Shown: positions 1 through 9,049 of the stretch, one piece after another
Layout: every line of letters starts with the position of its first letter
Position numbering within the stretch: position 1 is the first letter of the stretch
Assembly: GCA_938091905.1 (NCBI GenBank)
Contig: CALKOM010000023.1
Coordinates: 1 to 64,000, forward strand
Direction: 5' to 3'
Source of the DNA: an uncultured Verrucomicrobiales bacterium
Lineage (GTDB): Bacteria > Verrucomicrobiota > Verrucomicrobiia > Verrucomicrobiales > DEV007
Length of the DNA: 64,000 nt
Notes under the pieces: model-generated
Databases searched by the model: none
What the model saw: the letters and a program-made list of their open reading frames with translations, nothing else
Told to the model about the DNA's origin: nothing
Program-made: the position numbers and the translations under genes

Positions 1-139
1 AATCTTGTCGACGACATACCCGTCGAAATCGTATAAGGCTTTAATGTTCAGGACTTTCACAACCCAGATCTCAAGCTGATCTTGGCGGGTTTGTCACCTA
101 TCCTGTTAGGATTTCATCCAGCAAACCTGACGGAGAGCC
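1..139 (-). mobile_element. Probable left end of an ISL3-family insertion sequence (truncated by window edge)
   Basis: Minus strand reads TTTATTT|GGCTCTCCGTCAGG... from 139. GGCTCT is a typical ISL3 terminus and it abuts an AT-rich flank (aaataaag, 140-147). A GTG at 60 opens MKVLNIKALYDFDGYVVDKI, which runs off the window. Confidence 0.45.
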
Positions 140-281
140 AAATAAAGGTCATGGCCGCGGAATACTCACCCTGCAACAACATTGCACGCATGCCGTTATG
201 ATAGCCTTGAAATCTGGAACCATTGGTGGCTAGAGATTCGGTTGGCCGAGCTTACTATCAATTTCCAATAAAACCCACAAC

Positions 282-1202
282 TTAGCCGCGCAGTTGCTGA
301 CCTAACCAGCGCGCTTCCTTCTCAATGGCCTCACGCCCACGGTCCATCATGCCAGCGAAGTGGAAGAACCCGTGAATGACCCCATCGTAGCGCTCCAGCT
401 CCACCCACACACCTGCCACCCTCAACTGCTCGGCGTAGGCTTCACCTTCATCTCGTAGAATATCATACTCGGCCGTGATAACCCGTGCTGGAGGGAGCCC
501 CGACAAATCCAAGGTTTGGTTAGGCGACGCCAGCGGATGGGCACCATCAATGTCTCCAAGGTAACTTCGCCAGAAATACAACATCTCATCCTTACTCAGA
601 CCGTGGTCGGTCGCGAAGGCCTCATACGATGCCGTGTCGCATCGCGCATCGATGACAGGATAAACAAGCAACTGTGCTCTCAGTGGTGGGCCCTGTTCAT
701 CTCGATTTTTGATCGCGAGCGCAGCGGAAAGGTTTCCTCCGGCACTGTCACCAGCCACGCCAACACGTTTCGGATCAATGCCAAAGTTTGGCGCCTCTTC
801 CACAAGGTGGTGAAGCACTCCCTGACAATCTTCGAGAGCCCCAGGAAAAGAATGCTCGGGAGACAAACGATAGTCGACCGAAGCTACCATGATCTGACCC
901 GCATTCGCGAGATGACGACAGAGCGTGTCATGGGTGCCCACATCACCCATGACCCAGCCCCCGCCATGAAGGTAAAGGACCGTTGGCAACGGCTCCTCAG
1001 GCGCACCGAGGGGCCGATACATCCTGAACGGAATGCCACCGGGCGAACAATGGTCCATCACCTCGGCAACCTCCGTTTCTGGCAAAAAGAGATCTGTCAA
1101 CCCGCTGAAGATCGCCCTCGCCTCAAGAGGCGGCAACGTAGCAAGCGAAGGGCCTTTCGCCAAGGTGATGGCATCGAGAAATGCACGAGTTTGAGGATCC
1201 AT
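282..1202 (-). CDS. Alpha/beta hydrolase, HSL/Aes-like esterase-lipase
   Basis: HGGGW oxyanion motif, GDSAGG nucleophile, EYDILRDEG and HGF catalytic motifs. Confidence 0.93.
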   Translation of the reverse strand: MDPQTRAFLDAITLAKGPSLATLPPLEARAIFSGLTDLFLPETEVAEVMDHCSPGGIPFRMYRPLGAPEEPLPTVLYLHGGGWVMGDVGTHDTLCRHLANAGQIMVASVDYRLSPEHSFPGALEDCQGVLHHLVEEAPNFGIDPKRVGVAGDSAGGNLSAALAIKNRDEQGPPLRAQLLVYPVIDARCDTASYEAFATDHGLSKDEMLYFWRSYLGDIDGAHPLASPNQTLDLSGLPPARVITAEYDILRDEGEAYAEQLRVAGVWVELERYDGVIHGFFHFAGMMDRGREAIEKEARWLGQQLRG

Positions 1203-1278
1203 ACCTTATCCCTGCGCGATCTCTGAGGAAACTTCAATCCCTTTGCGAGTTGGCCATCTCTCTCTATCCTCACTGAAC

Positions 1279-2598
1279 ATGATCTTTCAAAGATGCATTG
1301 TTCTTCTCTTCTTCACGCCTTGGTTTTCGGTGCAAGCGGCGGACAAGTGGGTTACCATTGGCGATAGTCTAACAAAGGAATACGAAATCGAGTTTCCTAT
1401 CCTCAATCTCAGCAATCCCGCTGCGTGGGGAGAGAGAAATTGGCTAGAACTGTTGTCTATTCATCGAGGTGAGTATGTGGATATTGGTCCCTATGCAAAC
1501 GTGTGGGCGGATCTCCGAATTAGAGGACATGAGTACAACTGGGCCTTTCCGGGTTCGAAAACCACAGAATGGAGAGAGGTGATTGAGGCAACCTTTCTGT
1601 CCAATGCCCTCTTTGTTTTCAATCGCGCTCTGTTGGATGGCTATCTAGGCGATGTCGCCGATCGCGTCGTTATATTTCTTGGCGGCAATGATCTTAAGGG
1701 CGCCTACCGTAGGCACTACGAGGGAGCGGATCCAACACTTTTCATCAGCGAACAAGTAGCCAACATAACGTTGATTGTCGACCACATACGTTCACAGAAT
1801 GACACCGTTCCAATCCTACTCGTGAACATGCCAGATGTGGGCATCACGCCCGTGGTGAAGAATGATCCGAAATACGCTGACGCTAGCAAACGCCAGCGCA
1901 TGACCGATCTGACGAATGACCTCAATGACCGACTCCGCGAGTTGGCCAAGCAGAAAGACATTGGCTTTGCCGACATCGCTAGCCTCACCAATGACCTCTC
2001 TGGACCGCGCCGCTACGTCATCGGTGGCGTGCATTTCCTCAAGACCGTGGATCCAGAAACCCTTAGCAACGATCCTGTTTACCTCTTCTCGCCAGATGGC
2101 TTTCATCCAAACACCACCGCGCAATTGCTCTTCGCCAATGCCATCGCACGCGGTTTCAACGAGCGCTATCCTGAACTCGATCCCGTACCGCTCTTCTCCA
2201 CCGAGGAAATGCTAAACATACTCGGACTGGAGCCAGACATGCCCCTGGCTGAATGGGCAGCCGCCTATGGTATCGATACTGGCGACGGCGCCACAGACTC
2301 AGACGGCGATGGTGCTTCACTTCTCGAAGAATTCGCCCTTGGCATGGACCCACGTGACGCCGATGCCGAGAGACGCGCCATTGGGTACCTCACCAACGAG
2401 CGCCTCGAACTCAGCTACAACCCAAGAGTCGCTGATTCTGACAACTTCACCATTGCCCCCCAGTTTAGCACAGACCTTCTGGAATGGCCCATGATCCCAA
2501 TAGCCCAGCAATCGGTCGGTGCCGACGGCACCACGCAAGCCTGGGTCAGCCCTCATGCCGAAGCTTGCTTCCTCCGTCTTTCCTTTACCGCGCCATGA
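1279..2598 (+). CDS. Secreted SGNH/GDSL hydrolase with C-terminal Ca-binding/'DLxxW' domain
   Basis: Signal peptide; GDSL, GGND and DGFHP blocks; C-terminal DSDGDG..EEFALGMDP..STDLLEW..FLRL. ATG 1279 preferred over TTG 1243. Confidence 0.85.
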   Translation: MIFQRCIVLLFFTPWFSVQAADKWVTIGDSLTKEYEIEFPILNLSNPAAWGERNWLELLSIHRGEYVDIGPYANVWADLRIRGHEYNWAFPGSKTTEWREVIEATFLSNALFVFNRALLDGYLGDVADRVVIFLGGNDLKGAYRRHYEGADPTLFISEQVANITLIVDHIRSQNDTVPILLVNMPDVGITPVVKNDPKYADASKRQRMTDLTNDLNDRLRELAKQKDIGFADIASLTNDLSGPRRYVIGGVHFLKTVDPETLSNDPVYLFSPDGFHPNTTAQLLFANAIARGFNERYPELDPVPLFSTEEMLNILGLEPDMPLAEWAAAYGIDTGDGATDSDGDGASLLEEFALGMDPRDADAERRAIGYLTNERLELSYNPRVADSDNFTIAPQFSTDLLEWPMIPIAQQSVGADGTTQAWVSPHAEACFLRLSFTAP

Positions 2599-3503
2599 GA
2601 TTATTACTTCTACTAGTAGGGCTCACCTCTGCGGTGATGGCGGCACCGCCCAAGGACGATCCATGGGAGACGGTAGCCAAATTCAAGGCAGAAGAACTAG
2701 AGGAGATCAGCGGTCTCGCCCCCTCGGGGAAGCGGCCGGACATCTTCTGGTCACACAATGATAGTGGAGGCGATGCAGCCCTGCACGCGCTTGATCTTAA
2801 TGGCAGCTTTCTCGGTTCTGTAGAAATCCAAGACGTAAAGAACAAAGACTGGGAAGACCTCGCGGCCTTCACTTATCGGGGAAATCCCTATCTCCTCATT
2901 GCAGACACTGGAGACAATAAGCATAGGCGAAACACGGTCACCTTGCACGCGGTGCCAGAACCCAAGCCCAATCAAAATGGAACCTTTACAAACACCAGTG
3001 TACGCGCATCCTGGACACTAACCTGTCGCTACGAAGATGGTCCCCAAGACTGCGAAGCCATCGCCGTTGATCAGCAAGGCCAGCGAGTTCTCTTGCTAAA
3101 CAAGGATAGTAAAGCCTCCGCCGTTTATACAATCCCCTTATTCCCTCAGCCAAAGACACCGACGCTCATCGCGAAGAAAATCGCTACCCTTCCACAGACA
3201 GCCAACGCGGCAAACAACATCGTCAGCTTTCTAAAGGCCGGCGTCCTCGGTGCGCGGGTCACTGGAATGGACTTCTCACCACAAGGAACCAAAGCCGTCG
3301 TTCTCACCTACACCGATATCCGCCTCTTTCAACGGAAGCCCAAAGAACCCTGGGAACAAGCCTTCTTAAAGGAGCCAACCACCATCGCTCTACCAACAAT
3401 CTACCAACCAGAGGCCGTTTGTTTCGGCAATGACGGCCAATGGATTTATGTAAGTTCCGAAGAGACACCCACACCCTTGGTGCGCTACCCAGCCCCAAAG
3501 TGA
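2595..3503 (+). CDS. Secreted beta-propeller protein (phytase-like/SdiA-regulated-like)
   Basis: ATGA overlap with upstream stop; signal peptide; EISGLA, HNDSG, DWEDLA, ADTGDN, DCEAIA and QPEAVCF blade motifs. Confidence 0.75.
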   Translation: MRLLLLLVGLTSAVMAAPPKDDPWETVAKFKAEELEEISGLAPSGKRPDIFWSHNDSGGDAALHALDLNGSFLGSVEIQDVKNKDWEDLAAFTYRGNPYLLIADTGDNKHRRNTVTLHAVPEPKPNQNGTFTNTSVRASWTLTCRYEDGPQDCEAIAVDQQGQRVLLLNKDSKASAVYTIPLFPQPKTPTLIAKKIATLPQTANAANNIVSFLKAGVLGARVTGMDFSPQGTKAVVLTYTDIRLFQRKPKEPWEQAFLKEPTTIALPTIYQPEAVCFGNDGQWIYVSSEETPTPLVRYPAPK

Positions 3504-3507
3504 TTTG

Positions 3508-4392
3508 TTAGACAAATACGAGAACCACAGCAGCGCTGAGTACCACAGCCCCGGCCAGTCGCCAGCCAAGCGTTTCGCGCCCGAGTTGTCTCTCCACATT
3601 TCCAAACCAGTGGCCGACGAACCACACAGCAGCCACACTCCATAAACCACGAAGATTGTAGATCACGTTCACGGCCGTACCATCCTGAAAAACTGCCAGG
3701 GTATTGATCAAGACCATGGCCTGAGCTGCCATGAAAAATGATCCACCAAGAAGGGGCCGCCATTGCTGCCGCGAGATTGAACGGAGCGGCTGCGAGAACA
3801 GCGGAACAAAACCTAACGAGAGCACACCGGAGAGGAGCATGGCAATGGGCAGAAAACGCCCGGGCCCCCAAGCAGGCGCCCATTTCATGACCAACACATC
3901 AAAGAGCGCGTAGGTGACACCCGCAGCAAGGGCGAACAGGATGGTTTGCCCCACCTGCCCCTGGCCTCCCTGCGGCCCTCGGTGCAAAAATGCAATCCCC
4001 ACGACGCTCAGAGCAGCCGCTAGCCACAGGCTTGAGCGAACTGGAGTCGCCAAGAGCCAGGTCGTGAAAACCGCCACGAGAATCAGTTTTATTCCAATCA
4101 CCGGCGTCGCAACTGACACATCTCCCTTGTCTAAGGCGAGAAACGTTAGGAGCTGCCCACCAACAAAGAGTCCCGCCACAACAACGGGCTGCCAGAGCGA
4201 ACTGACGCCAGGAATGCTGCCACCCAATGGCCACAACGCTAGAAAAGCAACACCCGTCAGCCCATTGCAGACCAACGCGGTCCGCCATGGCCCCACTCCA
4301 CGCGAGGCTGCCTGCTTAAAGAACAAGGCAGCCGCCACGTAAAGCAGGCTGCTAATGAGCGGAAAGATGAGATGCATCGATTGATAGACCAT
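3508..4392 (-). CDS. DMT/EamA-family transporter
   Basis: About 10 hydrophobic helices in two repeats; ALDKGDVSVATPV motif. Confidence 0.85.
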   Translation of the reverse strand: MVYQSMHLIFPLISSLLYVAAALFFKQAASRGVGPWRTALVCNGLTGVAFLALWPLGGSIPGVSSLWQPVVVAGLFVGGQLLTFLALDKGDVSVATPVIGIKLILVAVFTTWLLATPVRSSLWLAAALSVVGIAFLHRGPQGGQGQVGQTILFALAAGVTYALFDVLVMKWAPAWGPGRFLPIAMLLSGVLSLGFVPLFSQPLRSISRQQWRPLLGGSFFMAAQAMVLINTLAVFQDGTAVNVIYNLRGLWSVAAVWFVGHWFGNVERQLGRETLGWRLAGAVVLSAAVVLVFV

Positions 4393-4412
4393 GGAGGCCC
4401 ATCGACGATCCG

Positions 4413-5083
4413 CTAATGCTTTTCAGAGTCTGCTGCCTTTGCCGCTTGCGCGAGAATCTCAGGGGTGACATCCCGTCCTTTCACGAAAACTCTTCGCAAC
4501 CACCGTTTCAGCTAAAAGCCCAGCAGATGCCCATCACATAAAACGCTTCTACACCATCAATCACATCAATGGCAAACTTGGTCTGATGCTCCCCCTCCGG
4601 GAGAGTCACCAAGAAACGAAATCCCTCATCGTTGGCGAGATACTGCGTCATTGTCCAATTCTTACGAGGCAGATACCTCTTTCACTGACTAGAGGCTTTC
4701 CCCTCAGCAACAATAAACAACCTAGAGGAAACAATCGTCGTCTTCTTCCAGCTTTTCCCTGAAGTAAGATTCATTGGCACCATCTTGAACAATCGTTAGG
4801 ACGTCCGCAGGGTGTTCTCGATTACATCTTTCCTCGACTGAGTGGCGAGCCACGCTTGCAAGGCCCTGTGGGCGGCATGAAGGGTTACCGGAGGCGACTC
4901 TTTCTCCCAGATCCGAACGCTCACATGCCCGGCGTTGAAGGTAGGACGAAGTGAAGCCGGGGGGGATTCTTTCCCCACCTCGGATGCGACCACTTGCCCG
5001 CTGACACTGGCTGGCGATACCAATAGGCATCCCGTCACCAGAAGAACATTCATGCCACCGAGCAAGCTTACTAGCAAAAGCAT
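4413..5083 (-). pseudogene. Degraded hypothetical secreted/membrane protein
   Basis: One frame from ATG 5083 stays protein-like through TAA 4796, TGA 4682 and TGA 4508; a shifted frame continues to TAG 4413. Confidence 0.4.
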
Positions 5084-5322
5084 ATGCACACCGAACGCGC
5101 CAAGCCGCCAGCACAGACGTGCATCCCTCCCGTTGCTTGCGACGTCAGCACAAAGGCAATCCCTGCCAGAAGGGCAAAGACCATTCAAGCCACCGAAATT
5201 CCATTCGGAGTGCAACCCACATCTACCAGCTTCTTAGTCAAACGTTGCGCAAAACCCCAGTCCCTACTTTTCAGTGGTTGCCGGTTGGCTTCGTCAACTC
5301 CAGGATTCATTTCTGTAAAGGG

Positions 5323-6606
5323 TTACCCGAGCGCATGACGTAGAGCGGCTTCCATCACTTCAAGCGTGTCGTCGATATCACCAGATGAGTGTGCTAACGA
5401 GAGGAATCCTGTTTCATAGGGAGACGGGGCAAAGTAGACACCCGCTTCGAGGGCATGATGAAAAAAGCGTTTAAAGGCTTCACCATCCGCTTGCTTCGCC
5501 GTCTCCAAATCGTAAACAGGCGATTCACTAAAGAAGAGGCAGAACATGCTCCCAATGCGATGAAAGGTGTAATCCTTGCCTAACGTCTTCAGAATATTCC
5601 GCACACCGTCTTCCAAGCGCTGACCGATAGCTTCCAACTGATCAAACCCTTTATTCGTATCGAGCTCTTTCAACTGTGCCAGTCCAGCAGCCAATGCCAG
5701 TGGGTTCCCTGACAACGTTCCCGCTTGGTAAACAGGACCGTCAGGCGCGAGCTGATCCATGATTTCAGCCTTACCGCCAAAAGCACCTACCGGAAGACCA
5801 CCACCAATGACCTTTCCTAACGCAGTTAGATCAGGCGTCACCCCAAAGCGTTCCTGCACACCTCCTTTAGCCAGGCGAAATCCTGTCATCACCTCATCGA
5901 AGACTAGCACAATACCATGCTTCGCCGTGATCTCGCGTAGAAACTCAAGAAAACCCTCTTTCGGAAAAAACAGACCCGCATTAGCCGGAATCGGTTCGAG
6001 GATGATGGCGGCAATTTGATCGCCCTTCGCTTCCATGACTTTCTCTAGCGCTTCAGGATCATTGAAAGGAAGCGTGATCGTCAGCTCAGCGAGTTGCGCA
6101 GGTATACCGGCACTATCAGGGCGCCCATGGGTCAGCGCTCCGCTTCCAGCAGCCACGAGCAAGGAATCTACGTGCCCATGATAACAACCTTCAAACTTGA
6201 TCACGAGATCGCGTCCCGTATAACCACGCGCCAATCGCAACGCTGACATCGTCGCCTCTGTCCCGCTATTGACCATGCGCACCTTCTCAACCGAAGGCAC
6301 CCAGTCGCAGATGAGCTGAGCCATTTCGACTTCGTAAGGATTGGGTATTCCAAAACTCACACCATCCTTCGCCGCGTTGTGCACGGCATGGATCACCGTT
6401 TCAGGAGCATGCCCAAGAATCGCCGGTCCCCAGGTACCGATGTAATCGATGAGATGCACTCCATCCACAGTTTCAATGCGAGATCCCTTCGCGCGCCGCA
6501 CAAAGAACGGCTCTCCATCCACGTTGCGGAAGGCCCGGACTGGAGAATTCACGCCACCGGGAATGTGATTCTTGGCTATTTTAAAGAGTTTATCGGAGAG
6601 AGACAT
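5323..6606 (-). CDS. hemL: Glutamate-1-semialdehyde 2,1-aminomutase
   Basis: IPGGVNSPVRAF, NSGTEATM, FDEVMTGFR, GKVIGGG, YQAGTLSGNP; start MSLSDKLF at 6606. Confidence 0.97.
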   Translation of the reverse strand: MSLSDKLFKIAKNHIPGGVNSPVRAFRNVDGEPFFVRRAKGSRIETVDGVHLIDYIGTWGPAILGHAPETVIHAVHNAAKDGVSFGIPNPYEVEMAQLICDWVPSVEKVRMVNSGTEATMSALRLARGYTGRDLVIKFEGCYHGHVDSLLVAAGSGALTHGRPDSAGIPAQLAELTITLPFNDPEALEKVMEAKGDQIAAIILEPIPANAGLFFPKEGFLEFLREITAKHGIVLVFDEVMTGFRLAKGGVQERFGVTPDLTALGKVIGGGLPVGAFGGKAEIMDQLAPDGPVYQAGTLSGNPLALAAGLAQLKELDTNKGFDQLEAIGQRLEDGVRNILKTLGKDYTFHRIGSMFCLFFSESPVYDLETAKQADGEAFKRFFHHALEAGVYFAPSPYETGFLSLAHSSGDIDDTLEVMEAALRHALG

Positions 6607-6762
6607 ATTAGCGAATACGTAGGCTACAGTGGCCTGGATGGCGACCGAAAGTCGACCACCAAGCGACACAGGTTGATCCGAAACTGCCTGAATAGCCTGA
6701 GCCCTGAAGCCGTCCAACAAATTGAGCTTCCCCCCTCCCAAATATCAGCTAAAATATGAGCC

Positions 6763-7473
6763 ATGGACACGCGCTTTCTCTCCCTTCTGGTCCTTATTCT
6801 CTCCCTTTCCGCTAGTCTTCACGGCCGGGACAAAACCTCGAAGTTAATTCAGGAAGACGGGGCGCTCTATGTCGAAAGCCTCCTGGAGAAGCCCATCAAA
6901 TTGAAGGTCCTCAAGTCAGCCCATGCCTATGGCACGTTGAAAGGCGAACGCTATTTGGGAACCCTCAAGCCAGGCCAAGAGGTCACTCTGTTAGCAATCA
7001 GTGACCGCGCCTACCGGGTCCGAGGCAAGGCTCAACAAGGAGATATCGCCGGTTGGGCTGGCCCCACCTTTTTTAAGAAGCTCGATCCCGAATTCGTATC
7101 CAACCTGAAGAAGGCTGCCGAACGCAAAGCCCTTGTCGACGATCTCATCGCCAACAAAGAAGTCGCTCTTGGCATGACTGGCGAGGAAGTGTTAGCCTCA
7201 CTCGGAAAACCGACGAAACGGGCATCTGAACTAAACACTGAAGGCACCACGGAAACACTGGATTACATCACCTACGAGCGGGTGCCACAAACTTCCTATG
7301 TCCGTAACGGGTTCGGTCAGGTCGTCAAGAAGACTACTTACGTCAAAGTAGAAACCGGTCGTTTGAGCGTAAAACTGCAGGACGACATCGTTGCCAGCAT
7401 CAGTGAGTCTGAGTCAAACGAGAGCCGACGTGATCTTGGGTTGACCATTCCCGTGCCCATTCTCATTCACTAA
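6763..7473 (+). CDS. Secreted hypothetical protein, SH3-like plus SmpA/BamE-like motif
   Basis: Signal peptide; VTLLAI..YRVRG..GW (SH3-like); GMTGEEVLASLGKP (SmpA/OmlA-like). Confidence 0.7.
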   Translation: MDTRFLSLLVLILSLSASLHGRDKTSKLIQEDGALYVESLLEKPIKLKVLKSAHAYGTLKGERYLGTLKPGQEVTLLAISDRAYRVRGKAQQGDIAGWAGPTFFKKLDPEFVSNLKKAAERKALVDDLIANKEVALGMTGEEVLASLGKPTKRASELNTEGTTETLDYITYERVPQTSYVRNGFGQVVKKTTYVKVETGRLSVKLQDDIVASISESESNESRRDLGLTIPVPILIH

Positions 7474-7487
7474 GAGGTCGATTCCGT

Positions 7488-8507
7488 TTGAAGCGCCGAA
7501 GATTTCTAACACAAGGCACTCTCGGCCTCTCTACGCTCGGAATTGGCGGCCAATCCTCAGCAGAGCTGTCTCCCACGGACCTTCGACCAGCCAAACCAAT
7601 TGGCCTGGCAAAGCCAGACCGCCGTGTGACCAAGGACAACATCTCCCATTGCCGCGTGGCAGATCCACGTGCCGTGAAGATCCTTCAGTGCACGGACGTC
7701 CACCTCCATTGCGATCGGGAACGTTACGGCGACAAAGCAGATCAACGCACTCGCGAGGATATCAAGCGCCTCGTCGACCAGCACCAACCAAACCTCATCG
7801 CCTTCACTGGCGATGTCTGGCACGATCCCGAGCCCGGGAAGAGCGAGGAGATCTTTGCTGACGCGCTGTCTCTGATGGTGGAGATGGACACACCCTGGCT
7901 CTTCAACTGGGGAAACCACGACCTGCAAGAAGACTACGGCCCAGCACAAGGCGCCCTCACCGAAGCACCCAAGAGCCTCTATCGCGGAGGCTACCAAGGC
8001 GGAAACTATCGCGTTCGGCTAGATGACGCTGCTGGTAAACCGCTTCACGAACTGATCTGCCTCAACACCACGACCCAAGGCATTCAAGCCCCTCAAGAAG
8101 ACTGGCTAAAAAAAGTCAGCACTTTGGAAGATAGGTCCAAACACTCCCTCTGCTTCCTTCACATTCCGATTCAACAGTACATCGACGTTTGGAAAGCAGG
8201 CAGCGCCAACGGCCTGAAACAAGAAGAAGTCTGCACGTATGGTGAAGATGGTAGTGCCTTTACTCTGCTGAAGAAACTGGGAGTCACTGCCTGCTTTTGT
8301 GGCCACGATCATGTCAACGACTACGCCGGAACACACGACGGCATCGCCATGGTTTATGGCCGCGCCACGGGACATGCAGGGTATGGTGGTGATAAAATAC
8401 GCAAAGGCGGAAAACTCATCACCTTAGACACAACGTCGGGTCGCCACACTTGGAAGACCGTCTTCGCCAATGGCAAGACCTGGGTTCCAAGCGAGAAAGT
8501 TCAGTAG
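7488..8507 (+). CDS. Tat-exported calcineurin-like metallophosphoesterase (Dcr2-like)
   Basis: RRRFL twin-arginine signal; DVH, TGD, GNHD, HIP and GHDH motifs. Confidence 0.88.
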   Translation: MKRRRFLTQGTLGLSTLGIGGQSSAELSPTDLRPAKPIGLAKPDRRVTKDNISHCRVADPRAVKILQCTDVHLHCDRERYGDKADQRTREDIKRLVDQHQPNLIAFTGDVWHDPEPGKSEEIFADALSLMVEMDTPWLFNWGNHDLQEDYGPAQGALTEAPKSLYRGGYQGGNYRVRLDDAAGKPLHELICLNTTTQGIQAPQEDWLKKVSTLEDRSKHSLCFLHIPIQQYIDVWKAGSANGLKQEEVCTYGEDGSAFTLLKKLGVTACFCGHDHVNDYAGTHDGIAMVYGRATGHAGYGGDKIRKGGKLITLDTTSGRHTWKTVFANGKTWVPSEKVQ

Positions 8508-8677
8508 TTCATGTAATGGCTTTACATGAACTCGTTAGGGCTGGCAGCTGGCGCTCTATTTGCCGCAATACGTGCCTGGGAGAAAGTTGCCAATGCGAGA
8601 AGTATATGGAGACAACAAACCGAAGACATACCTCACTTGCTAAGCTCCCTCCCTCCCTCGCTACGCAGCAAAGCACG

Positions 8678-8982
8678 ATGGCATCTATCCTTGCTGCCGC
8701 AGTAGTCTTGACATTACACGAAACAATGTTCGTGGTGCGGTATTGTACTGGCAACGTCCAAATAGTCCGCCGACCTTCATGCACTACATCGTCGGCCTCA
8801 CAGACTCCGCACGAGGCGACACGCCTGTTTTCGCCTCCCCTTACCCCTTTGACTACAAACGCGCCGTCGGCTTTCTAAGTGGCTATGTTAAAAAGCTTAC
8901 CGAGGAGGAGTGGCAAGATCTTCTCAAAACTACCTTGGAGACCCCCAATCTTTCCCTCAGGACAACCTTGAAGGCCCCCTAG
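8678..8982 (+). pseudogene. Possible remnant of a hypothetical protein
   Basis: Protein-like C-terminal frame (YIVGLTDS..PVFASP..KRAVGFLSGYVK) without a convincing in-frame start; hydrophobic N-terminal piece lies in another frame. Confidence 0.3.
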
Positions 8983-9049
8983 CGACCCACGCATTCTTCC
9001 GTGTGTTCAGTGCCTTACGTGGTCTAATCCCCTGTTCCTTTGCTCGAGG

